Part shown: positions 29,996-41,400 of the stretch, piece by piece
Layout: every line of letters begins with the position of its first letter
How positions within the stretch are numbered: the first letter of the stretch is position 1
Assembly: GCA_041601615.1 (NCBI GenBank)
Contig: JBFIHX010000002.1
Span: 192,001-256,000 of the forward strand
Length of the DNA: 64,000 nucleotides
Origin: Thermoplasmatota archaeon
GTDB lineage: Archaea; Thermoplasmatota; E2; JACPAO01; JAHFTW01
Reading direction: 5' to 3'
Notes under the pieces: model-generated
Databases searched by the model: none
Told to the model about the DNA's origin: nothing
What the model saw: only the letters and a program-made list of their open reading frames with translations
Made by a program: the position numbers and the translations under genes

Positions 29996-31566
29996 TAGTT
30001 CCACACTCCTGAGTTTTCGCGGCGGGCTCGTTGGCCCCATGAGTTGAGCACGCGGCGGCCGTGTTCGTCTGCGTCGCCGTTGGCACTCTTGAAGCCGTAA
30101 TTGCGGTTGACGAAGGCGTCGATGCCGCCGGGTTCTTGGCTCATGGCTGCGGCGAGGGCGGCCAGCAGTTTGCGGGTGCCGGCGTCGGTTTCTTCGGCTA
30201 CTCCGTTGTAGCGCTCGAGGACGTTGTGTTCGTCGAGGTACTTGGTGGTCATGTCGCCGGCGCAGAAGGGCGCGTCTTCCATCAGGAGTTGGTGCAGGCC
30301 GCGGTTGGTGACGAGGTCGCCGAGGTCGTATTCGGCAAGTGCGCGGCGCATTTTGCGGATGGCGTCGGGGCGGTCGCTGCCGGTGACGATGAGCTTTGCG
30401 ACCATGCTGTCGTAGCTGCTGGGGACTTTGAGGCCGGCGTAGAGGAAGGTGTCGACGCGCACGCCGTTTCCTTGTGGGGGGGCGTGGCGTTTGATGGTGC
30501 CGGGGGTGGGCATGAAGTTTTGGCCCGGGTCTTCGGCGTTGATGCGGCATTCGATGCTCCAGCCGCGTTTGCGGGCGTCCACGGTGGCCTGATCGTAGCC
30601 CAGGGGTTCGCCTGCGGCGACACGGATCTGTTCGCGCACGAGGTCCATGCCGTACACTTGTTCGGTGACGGGGTGTTCGACTTGCAGGCGGGTGTTGACT
30701 TCGTTGAAGTAGAATTCGCCGTTCTCGTAGAGGAATTCGGCGGTGCCGGCGTTGGTGTATCCGACGGTCTTCGCGAGGGCACACACGGCGGCTCCGACGC
30801 GGGCGCGGTCTTCGTCGGTGACGATGGGGCTGGGTGCTTCTTCGATGAGTTTCTGGTGGCGGCGCTGGATGCTGCATTCGCGCTCGCCAAAGTGGACGGC
30901 GTTGCCGTGGGTGTCGGCGAGCAATTGGATTTCGATGTGGCGGGGTCGGCCGATGAATTTCTCGATGAAGCATTCGTGGCGGCCGAAGGCGGCTTTGGCT
31001 TGGCGTTGTGTTGCGCCGAGGGCTTCTTCGAGGTCCGCTTCGGATTTGACGACGCGCATGCCCATGCCGCCTCCTCCGAAGGCTGCTTTGATGATGACGG
31101 GGTAGCCGGCGACATCTGCTGCGACTTTGGCTTCTTCGAAGGTCTCGACGAATTGGTCGAGGCCGGGAACGACCGGGACGCCGGCGGCGCGGGCGGCTTC
31201 TTTGCTGGCCACTTTGTCGCCGAGGATGCGGATGGCGCTAGCGGGTGGGCCGATGAAGGTGATGCCGGCCTTTGTCAGGGCGTCTACGAAGTCGGCGCGT
31301 TCGGAGAGGAACCCGTAGCCGGGGTGGACGGCGTCGGCGCCGCTCTTGAGGCAGGTTTCGACGATGGCGTCGATGTCGAGGTAGTTGGTGGCGGCGGATT
31401 CGTCGCCGAGGAGGTATGCTTCGTCGGCAAACTTGACGTGTGCAGATTGGGCGTCTTGGGGCGAGTGGATGGCGACGGTCTTGATGCCGAGTTCGCGCGC
31501 GGTGCGCATGACGCGCAGGGCAATCTCGCCGCGGTTGGCGACTAGGATCTTCGTGATTTCAGGCAT
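29995..31566 (-). CDS. accC: Biotin carboxylase subunit of acyl-CoA carboxylase
   Basis: LVANRGEIA, HPGYGFLSE, GGGGMGM, ERECSIQRRHQK and EVNTRLQVEH. Confidence 0.95.
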   Translation of the reverse strand: MPEITKILVANRGEIALRVMRTARELGIKTVAIHSPQDAQSAHVKFADEAYLLGDESAATNYLDIDAIVETCLKSGADAVHPGYGFLSERADFVDALTKAGITFIGPPASAIRILGDKVASKEAARAAGVPVVPGLDQFVETFEEAKVAADVAGYPVIIKAAFGGGGMGMRVVKSEADLEEALGATQRQAKAAFGRHECFIEKFIGRPRHIEIQLLADTHGNAVHFGERECSIQRRHQKLIEEAPSPIVTDEDRARVGAAVCALAKTVGYTNAGTAEFLYENGEFYFNEVNTRLQVEHPVTEQVYGMDLVREQIRVAAGEPLGYDQATVDARKRGWSIECRINAEDPGQNFMPTPGTIKRHAPPQGNGVRVDTFLYAGLKVPSSYDSMVAKLIVTGSDRPDAIRKMRRALAEYDLGDLVTNRGLHQLLMEDAPFCAGDMTTKYLDEHNVLERYNGVAEETDAGTRKLLAALAAAMSQEPGGIDAFVNRNYGFKSANGDADEHGRRVLNSWGQRARRENSGVWN

Positions 31567-32437
31567 GGAGGGTCTCCGGTTCAGAGGATGAGGGGGAGGG
31601 GAGAGAAGCGGTGGGGGGAGGGGATGGGAGGAAGGGCAGGGTGAGGGCGACGGCGAGTCCGGCCTTGACGATGTCGAAGGGCAGGAAGACGGTGCTGCCG
31701 AGTGCGATGGATTGGATGAGGGTGTAGGGTGTGAGGGCCCAGAGGACGGTGACGCCGCAGGCGTGCAGAAGCAGGAGCGTGCCTAGCATCACGAGCCAGA
31801 GGTTGGCGGCTGCGGCGCCTTCGCCGCGTTTGTTGCCAAGCAGGACGTAGGTGAGGCCGAGGCTTGTGAGGGTGATGAATGCGAGGGCCCAGAGGGTGCT
31901 GGCGCCGACGCCGAAGTCGGCTTCGAGGCCGGTGCCGGTGCGGTTCATCCAGGCGATGACGGCGACGGCGGCGACCAGCGATACGGCCACCAGTGCCACC
32001 AGAGCGACGAGCAGGCGGTGGGGTAGGTGTGGGCGGCGGTGTTGCATGTATCTGCTAACGAGTGCTGCGACGAGTACGAAGCCGAACAGGTAGCCGGCGG
32101 TGGCGCCGACGAAGTGTTGTAATCCGCTAGCGCCTTGGGCAAAGACTGGGGCGCCGAGGGCTCCGGCGGCAAGATAGATGAGCACGGAAAGGGCGGCCAA
32201 GCCGGGCTTTTGGTAGCCGCCGGCCACCAGCAGCGCGAAGGGCATCATGGAGAAGGGCACGGGAGTCCAAGGCAGCGGGAAGCTGATTTGTGCCATGAGG
32301 GCCAGGAATCCTGCAAAGCCGAGGCTGGTGGCGAGGCGCACGGGCCAGCCGGGGACCGTGGGCGTTGCTAGGAGGTGCGACAGCACTTGCTCGTTCTGGC
32401 CCATGCGGGCGCCACATTCAGCCCCGGGTTTAGGCAT
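31559..32437 (-). CDS. bioY: Biotin transporter BioY with extra TM insertion
   Basis: PLP.TPVPF, YL..GA.GAPVFA, T.GYL.GF and FLPFD..K. Confidence 0.88.
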   Translation of the reverse strand: MPKPGAECGARMGQNEQVLSHLLATPTVPGWPVRLATSLGFAGFLALMAQISFPLPWTPVPFSMMPFALLVAGGYQKPGLAALSVLIYLAAGALGAPVFAQGASGLQHFVGATAGYLFGFVLVAALVSRYMQHRRPHLPHRLLVALVALVAVSLVAAVAVIAWMNRTGTGLEADFGVGASTLWALAFITLTSLGLTYVLLGNKRGEGAAAANLWLVMLGTLLLLHACGVTVLWALTPYTLIQSIALGSTVFLPFDIVKAGLAVALTLPFLPSPPPTASLPSPSSSEPETLHA

Positions 32438-35400
32438 GGCTGGCGGTCTCCGGTTCTTCGGTCATGGGGTCGAAGTCGGCGAGGCTCACGGCGAGTACGC
32501 GGCCTTCGATGCTCCAGAAGCGCACGCCGAAGGTGCCGTCGGGGCCGGTGACGGTTGCTCCTCCGGCGCCGTCGGGCATGACGGTCCAGGCGCGTAGCGC
32601 GGAGCGGAGGCCTGTGCCGGTGCGTTTGAAGACGGCTTCTTTGGCGGCCCACATGCAGGCAGCGGCGTTGTCGTCGGCGGCTACGGGGGCTTCGGTGTCG
32701 TTGAAGGCTTCTTCGCGCCAGGCGGCGGATCGCTGTTTGACGGTTTCGAGGTCGATGCCGAGGGCGGTGGGGGCCAGGGCTGCGATGGCGAGGCCGTCGC
32801 GGTGGGTCAGGCTGAGTTCGTAGTTGGCTGCTTTTCCGTGTAAGTGCAGGACCGGTTTGCCGCCATCGGAGTTGACCACCGTGACCTCAAGCGCGGAGAC
32901 GTTGGCTCCGGCTGCGATGGCGACTGCTTTGGCGGCGAGTCGTCCGGCGCGCCATTCTTCGGCGCGCTTGGGGGCCTTGAACGCTTCTGCGGTGCCGAGT
33001 TCTTCTTCCGTGAACCATTGGGGGTCGGGGTCTGCGTCGGCGACGGGGACGGCGGCAAACAGGGCGCCGGTGTCGTCGGGAAGGCCGAGGTCCACGGTGG
33101 GAATGGGGACGGCTTCGGGTTCTGCCGAGGCGGCGGCGGGCGTGCTTTCGGACAGGGTTTTTTGCACGGGTGCGGCGGAGTTGTCCGTGGCTTGGGGTTC
33201 CGACAGTTCCACGATTGGCTTGGGCGTCGCGTCCTTGTCTGCGTGCCCGTTTTGGTGGCCGTTGGTGGGTTCGGATGCCGCTGGAGGCGCGGGGGTGTCG
33301 GTGTCGCTGCCGGGGACGTCTCCGGTTTCGACCATGCCGTATTGGACCATGCGGACGAGGACGGCGCCGTCTTCGGTGCAGGCGGCGGCGTCGAAGCGGT
33401 AGAGGCCGTTGTCGTCGCGACCGGCAAATCGAGTCCAGAGTCGTGTTTCCTTGGGCAGGGGCCCGTAGTGCAGGATGTCCAGGCGTTCGATGGCAGCGGG
33501 CAGGCTCATGCGGCCATCGACGGTCATGGTGCGCAGACCGCAGACCTGGAACAGGGCTTCCACGAGCAGCGGGTGGACGTGCCATTCTGGCGATGTTCCT
33601 TCAAGCACGGGCGCTTCGGGGGTGACGCCGATGCCGACGCTTTCGTCGTCGAGTGGGCCGGCGTAGCGTAGCACTTGGAAGCTTGGGCCGTGGAAGAATG
33701 GCGGGTAGATCGAAGCGTGGTCGCGGTCGCGGGTGCAGGCGGGCACTTCGCTGGTGCGGCGGGGGGCTGCGGCGGCGCCGAAGTGGATCGTGGCGGCAAA
33801 GTGGGTCCGTGGCTCGCCGCGTTCTTTGCCGTCAGGGCCGACCATGCGGCTCCAGAGCGTGCAGGTGATTCCGTCGCCTTCGGCGGCGCGGGTTGCGGTG
33901 ATGCGGGCCACGGCGGGGCGGTCCTTGAGTTGCTTTAGGGGGATGCCGAAGGAGGCGTTGGTCACACGAGTACAGACGGTGTCGGCGGGTGCAAGAAGGG
34001 AGGCTGTCTCGGCGAAGGCTTCGAGGCCAAACACGCCGGGCAGGTAGGGCACGCCGTCGATGGCGTGATCGCGAGCGTAGGCTTGGGTCGCTTGGTCCAT
34101 TTCGATGCGCGTGGTCACCGAGTCGGCCGTTGCGGTCTCGACGCCGGCCAGAAGCGCGAACCGTTCGGGTGCGGATTCCATGCGGGCTTGGTGTTCGCCG
34201 AGGCGCGGGTCCCATGCAGCGTCGACCACTTGGCCGTCGGCGTCGATGGCGCCCACGTTCCCAGCGACGACCGATTCGCGGATGCCGGGGGTGCCTAGTT
34301 CGGCGAGGAATTGGGCGACTCCGTCGGCGGTGGGGATCGGAGTCACACCGGTGCTTTCCATGATTTGCAGGATGCTGCCTTTGGTCGCCATGCCCACTTC
34401 GCCCCAGGGGCCCCATGCGATGGTGAATGCGGTGGGGACGTTGCGCTCGGCTGCGGCGACTTGGACGGCCTTGCAGAGGTATTCGTTGGCGGCGCTGTAG
34501 TCGGTTTGGCCGATGTTGCCAAAGCGTCCGGCGACACTGCCGAAGGCCACCAAAAATTCGAGCTCGTCTTCGGCGGTGGCGGCCATGAGGGCGTTCCAGC
34601 CGTCGTGTTTGATGCCAAAAACCCAGTCGAATTGCTCGCGGTCCTTCGAGGCGAGGTCTTTGCTGATTTCGACGCCGGCTGCATGGATGACGCCGTGGAT
34701 GGCGCCGAATCGTTCGCGTGCGTGGTCGAGGGCTTCGCGCACGGCGTCGTGGTCGGTGACGTCGACGCTTGCGTAGGTCACTTCGGCGCCAAGATCCGAG
34801 AGGCGTTGCAGGTTGCGTTGCACTTCGGCGGCTTTGCGAAGTGGCGACATGGCTTTCTGAATCGACACCGGGGTGACCTTGGCGCCGGCTTCCTTCATCG
34901 CGGCCATTTGGCGTTGTTCTTCGGCCTTCCACTCATCGTCCGTCCAGCTGGCCCAGGTTTCGGCTTCTTCGGCCATGGTGGTGCGGCCAAGCAGCATGAA
35001 GTTGGGGTGTTGCGGTGCGAGGGCGGCCAGGAGTTCGACGGTGATGCCTTGGGCACCGCCGGGAACGATGAGGGTCTTGCCGGAGACATTCGGGGTGCCT
35101 TCGAGCGCTTCGGGAGCTACGTCGATGACAAACCGGGTACCCTCCGCGTCAAAGGCAATCTCGGTGCGGCGGCCGCCTTCGATGACTTCGGCAAGCACCA
35201 TGGCGGGGGCGTCCGAAAGTTTGGGGTGGAGATCGATGACCTTGACCACGGCGCCTTCGAATTCCTTTTTGAGTGCCTTGCCGAAACCGGCCACGGCGGC
35301 CATGGTGGCGTCGCGGGGAGCCGCCAATCCGTGGGCTCCGTCTTGGCGAGTGACGACTGCGACGAAGCCGTTTTTGAGGGCGTTTTGGTGCGCTTTGGCG

Positions 35401-38400
35401 GCGTCGAACATGGGTCCGAGGCGAGCGGGAGCGGAGTCCCCGCGTCGCGTGGCGAGGCACAGCAGACCGACGGGGGTGTCGTCGTCGTGCAGGCGGAAGG
35501 TTGGCTTCCAGCCGGCTTCTTTCCAGGCGTCCAGGAATGCGGTGTCGGCGTCGCCGACCACGAGGAGGGTTCCTTTGGCAAGGTCGTTGCTTTGGTGGGG
35601 GCTGGGGGCGGGGCGCACCGTGGGCACGCGGCGAACGATCGCTTGGCTGGGCTCAGAGGCCGTGGTCGCATCTGCCGTGGCATCGGCGGCGGGCGCGTCG
35701 GTTGCGCCGGCGTTGCTTGCCATATATGCGGCGACCTTGGCGAGGGTGTTGTAGTCCTTGAGTTGCAGGTCCTCGCGCATCGGGACGCTGAAGCGGTCGC
35801 GCAGTTCGCCAAACAGTTCGGCTTGCTTGACGGTGTCAATGCCAAGGTCTGCTTCCATGTCCAGTTCGGGTTCGAGCATGTCCACGGGGTAGCCGGTTTT
35901 ATCGGCCACGAGGGCGATGACTTGGGCCAGTACGTCGGCGGTGTCGGTGCCGGCCGTGGATGCGGCAGCGGGCGCTGGCGTCGAAACCACAGTGGCGACG
36001 GGCGCAGCGGCGCTTGCTCCTCCACCCATATATGCCGCGACTTTTCGCAGCGTGTTGTAGTCGGCGAGGCTCAGGTTTTCGTCGAGCGGGACGCCGAAGT
36101 GATCGCGCAGTTCGCCAAACAGTTCGGCTTGTTTGACGGTGTCGATGCCGAGGTCTGCTTCCATGTCGAGATCCGCTTCGAGCATCTCGACGGGGTAGCC
36201 GGTTTTGTCCGCGATGACGGCGGTGACCTTGGCAAGCACTGCATCGTCGGTCTCGGCGGTGGTCGCGGAAACCGGTGTCGCGGGTGCGGCGGCAGCCGGC
36301 GAGGCGGCGGCGGGTGCACTTTCTGCGGTGGCGACGGGCGCGGCGGTGCTGCCTCCCACGCCAAGCCCGACTTGCGTCGGACTCGGCCGCGCCGAAACTT
36401 CGCTTTGCGAAGTTCCGCCACCCATGTACTCGGCCACTTTGCGCAGGGTGTTGTAGTCCTTGAGTTGGAGATTTTCGTCGAGCGGCACGCCGAAGCGGTC
36501 GCGCAGTTCGCCAAACAGTTCGGCTTGTTTGACGGTGTCGATGCCGAGGTCCGCTTCCATGTCGAGGTCGGCTTCGAGCATCTCGGGTGGGTAGCCGGTT
36601 TTTTCGGCCACGAGGGCGGTTACGTCGGCCAGCACATCGGTTTCGGGTGCGGTTTGTGCGGCGGCGGGAACGGGGGCGGGCGATGCGACCTCTGCGGCGG
36701 CGATGGGCGCGGAGTTGCTTGTTCCTCCAGCCATATATCCCGCGACCTTGCGCAGGGTGTTGTAGTCCTTCAAGGACAGCGATTCGTCCAGGGGCACGCC
36801 GAAGGTCTCGCGAAGCTCGCCAAACAGTTCGGCTTGCTTGACGGTGTCAATGCCGAGGTCCGCTTCCATGTCCAGATCTGCTTCGAGCATCTCAGGCGGG
36901 TAGCCGGTCTTGGAGGCGACGAGGTCCGTCACTTTCTGCAGCACGTCGGCTTCGTCTGCGACCACGACAGGCGAGGCGACTGCGGCGACGGGGGCAGGTT
37001 CGGCTGCTACCACGACAGCGGGTGCGGTGCGCTCGGGTGCTCCTTGGTCCACGATGCGCAGGGTGCGGTTTTGCACCTCGGTTGCGGCGGCGGGAAGGCC
37101 ACTGACGCTGGACAGCCAAGCGTCGTACTGGGCCTGGTTTGCCACGCGCTCGTCTTCGCGGGCCACGAGTTGGGTGAGGGTCATGGCGACTTGGCTGCCG
37201 AATCCGGCGGCGAGGCGTAAGGCGTAGCGCACGTCGTAGGCGCCGCCCTTGGACAGGTTGAGGTCGCCCAGTTCGGGGTCGGGGTCGCGGAAGTTGGCGA
37301 TGGGGGGCACGGTGCCGCGTTGGAGTGCCTTGAGGGCAATCGCATCTTCAACGCCGGCACCTTGTGGGTGTCCCGTGAAGCCCTTGGTGTTGGCGATGAC
37401 GACCTTGTTGGCGTTGGTGCCGAAGGTCGCGCGCAGGGCGTGGATTTCTGCCGAGGCCGAGCCGCCGCGTGCGGGGGTGTAGGTCTCGTGGCTCATGAAC
37501 ATGGTCTGGGCCGCGATGGCGTCGGCGTGGATGCCGTACCGGGCGCCGGCTTTGGCCATGAGGCCCTGCATGCATTGGCTGATGTGGTCCACGTCGAGGC
37601 GGCTGCCGTGGAAGGCGCTGTTTGCGACGGTGGTGGCCAGGAGTTTGGCGATGGGTCGCATGCCGCGTGCTTCGGTTTCGGGGGTGGCTTCGATGACGAG
37701 GCCGACGGCGCCCATGCCGACAATCATGCCATGGCGCCGAGCGTCGAAGGGAAGGGCTGCGTCTTCTACGCGGTTTTTGGTCGTCGCGGCGCCGGAGGCC
37801 AGGAATCCGCTGCCGATCCATTCGAAGAGGGCGTCGCTGGTTACATCGTCGGCGCCGACTACGAGTACGCGTTTGCAGCGGCCGGTGCGAATCCAGTCTT
37901 CGGCGACGGTGATGGCTTGGGTGGTGCTGGCGCAGGCGGCGTTGAGTTGGGTGTTGGGTCCGCGAGCACCGATGAATTGCGCGAGTTGCGCGTGTCCCAT
38001 ACTTAGGACGTTGAACAGGAATTTGCGGTTGAATTCGTAGCGGGCAGCGCCGTGGTCGGGCAGCACGTCTTGCAGGCGGGCAAATTCCGCTTCAAAGCCG
38101 GTGGTGAGGTTGTTGCGTAGGTCGTCGTCGGTAACTTGGCCAAGCAGTTCGTCGTAGAGGTTGCGCAGGTCGTCGAGGGTGCGGCCGGCGTATTTGTCGG
38201 CAAGGTATCTGCTGATGTCGCGCACGAGGTTGTCGATGCCGGGGAAGGCGCTGGCAAACACGATGCCTGTGTCGTCGCGCATGGGTTCGGGCAGTTTCCA
38301 GTCCTTGGGCAGGTGGCTGCCGGTGGTGGTTTGGAGGTAGGTGCGCTGGAGCGGGATGCCTGCGTCGCGTAGTGCTTCGAGGCCGGCGGCGATGGCGTAT

Positions 38401-41400
38401 TGGAAGGTGCGGTCGAGGGTGGAGGCGAAGTCGGCGTCGACGCCCCATTCGGTGACGTCGAAGTCGCCGCGGCGGCCTGCGAGTTGGATGACTTGGGCGA
38501 TGTCGTCGATGGCTTGGAAGGTGCCTTGGCCGCCGCCGCCTTTGACGAGGCGGACGATGTTTTTGCTGGCCATTTTTTGCTGCTCGGTTTCGGGCAGGGC
38601 GTCGATGAGGTTGTCGCCGCGCAGGATGCGGTCCCAGTCGTCGGTGGCAAAGAGTGGTTTGTGGGTGCCGGGGAGTCCAACACTGATGCCGCTGATGCCG
38701 ATGTCGTCGAGGTTGATGCCGAAGGCGTCCATCTTCGCCTTTAGTAGCAATTCGCTACTGTTTGGTAGGTTTTTGCTACTAAGGGCTGCGACGGGGGCTG
38801 GGGCGCTGGTGGCTACGGCGGAGGCGGGTGCGGAGTTTGTGGTCGGAGTCGGAGTGGAGGGGGCGGCGGGCGAGGAGCTCATGCCGTCGAGGGTGCGGGC
38901 TAGGTCGCGAAGGGCGCCGGCGATGATGTCGATGCGGGCGTCGGCCACGGGTGCGGGCGCGGCTGCGGGGGCGGCTTGGGCGAGGGCGCTCGTGGTGCGG
39001 GTGAAGGCGGTTTTGGGCTCGCGGAATTCTGCGGTGTAGACGGCGGAGTCGTTGAGGTCCGGGAGCTTGGGAAGGTAGCCCCAGGCGCCGAGGAAGGCAA
39101 ACAGTTCGTTGATGTGTTGGATTCCGCCCTTTTTGGGGTGGTTGGCGCAGATGGCGACGGCGTCGCCTTTGCTGCCGAGGATGTCGTAGGCGAATCCGGT
39201 GAGCGCCTTCTTGGGGCCCACTTCGATGAAGGTGCGCACACCTTCGCTGTACATGCGCTCCATGATGTCGATCCATTCGACGGGGCTTGCCACTTGCACG
39301 GCGAGGTTGTCGCGGATGGCTTCGGGGTCGTTGCCGTAGGGTTCGGCGCCGACGTTGCTGAGGATGCGGACCTTGGGGGCTTGCACGTCGAGGCGGGCCA
39401 ATACGTTGCGCAGGGGTTTGCTTGCGGGGGCGACGATGTCGCTGTGGAAGGCGGCGCTGACGGGCAGTGGGATGCACTGGAGGCCTTGTGCGGTGAGTTT
39501 GGCCATGGCGGCGTCCACTCCGGCGCTGCTGCCGGCGATGACGGTTTGGCTGGGGCAGTTTTTGTTGGCGCAGATGACGTATTCGTCTACGTCGGCGATG
39601 GCGGCGGACACGGTTTCCCAGTCGGCGGGGATGCTGGCCATTTTGCCAAGGTCGGGAAGATCCACGTTGGCCATTTCGCGGCCGCGTGCGGCGACGGCGT
39701 GGAGCGCGTCGGCGAAGGTGAGGACGCCGGCTGCGACCAGGGCGCCGTATTCGCCGAGTGAGTGTCCGGCGACCACGTCGGGTTGGATGCCCCATTGCTT
39801 CATCATGCGAAGCAGGGCGACGTCCATGGCAAGAACGGCGGGCTGGGTGAACTCGGTGAGTTTGAGTTTTTCTTCGGAGGCGGCGCGGTTTTCGGCGGTG
39901 TCTGGGGTGGGCCAGAGGATGTCGGTGAGTTTGACGCCGTCCAGTTCGTCGTGGAGGACTGCGTCGGCTTCTTCGAAGGTGTGTTTGACGACGGCGTATT
40001 TTTGGGCAAGGTCGCGGCCCATGTTGACGTACTGGGTGCCTTGGCCGGGGAATAGGAAGGCGACTTTGCCGCGTGGTTCGCCTTGGCCTAGAAATACGCC
40101 TTGGTTGAAGGCGAGTTTGGCGACGGCGGATTGGGTGGCGGCTTTGGCGGCGAGTTCCAGCTTCTTGGGGATTTCGTCAAGGTCCGTGGGGGCGATGCCG
40201 ACGCGGCGCTCGGCGCGTACACCGGCTTGGGTGAGTTCGTAGAAGGCGGCGCGGTAGCGGGGGCCGTTGCCGGTCTTGGCGAAGGTCACGGCCGAGGGAA
40301 GCGCGGTGAGGCTTGCGGGGAGGGCGTCGGCGTCTAGGACGAGCGGAGTCTGTTCTAGTGCGGCGGCTTGCTCCATGTGGGAAGCAAAGCCGGCGGCGTC
40401 GAAGGTGGTCATGGGGATGGTCGCCTCGGGTTGCGTCGTGGCGGACGGAGGGGTGGGGGCTGTGGCGGCGGTGGGCGCCGGGGCGGGGATGGGTGCGGAG
40501 TTGCGGGTGGCGGGGTCCACGAATTGGAGGGCGCCGGGAACGTATTGTTCGAGGACGACGTGGAAGTTGGTGCCGCCGAATCCGAAGCTGCTGACGGCGG
40601 CGCGGCGCGGGTGGTCGGCAGGGGTTTCCCAGGGCGTTCGGGACGTTGCGACTTGGAAGGGGCTGGTGGCCCATTCGATTGCGGGGTTGAGGGTCTGGAC
40701 GTTGATGCTGGGTGGAATGATGCCTTCGCGCACGGCGAGCACGGCCTTGAGCATCCCGGCGGCGCCGGCGGCGGCCTTGAGGTGGCCGATGTTGCTTTTG
40801 ACGGATCCGACGCGGATGCTGCCGACGGGTACGTCGGCGGCGCGGATCTGTTGGAACGCTTCGCGCACCGAATTGAGTTCGACGGGGTCGCCAACGGGGG
40901 TGCTGGTGCCGTGGGCTTCGACGTAGCCGACGGTGTAGGGGTCCATTTCGGCTTCTTCATAGGCGCGGCGTACGGCTTTGACTTGGCCGCGCGGGTTGGG
41001 GGCGGTGATTCCCTTGCCTTTGCCGTCGCTGCTGCCGCCAACGCCTCGGATGACGGCGTGGATGCGGTCGCCGTCGCGTTCGGCGTCGCCGAGGCGTTTG
41101 AGGATGAACATGGCGCAGCCTTCGCCCATGACGAATCCGTTGGCGCCGGCGTCGAAGGGCCGGCTGCCGTCGGGCGACAGGGCTCCGATGGCGCTGAATT
41201 GGATGTAGGGCGTGATGTCCATGCTGCGGTCGGTGCCGCCCCAGACGACGAGGTCGCTTTCGGCGTCACGAAGAGAGTCGATGGCGGCGTCGAGGGCCGC
41301 AAGGGAGGACGCGCAGGCGGCGTCGGTGGTGAAGTTCTTGCCCCCGAGGTCGAACACGTTGGCGATGCGGCCGGCGACCACGTTGGACAGGTGCCCCGGC

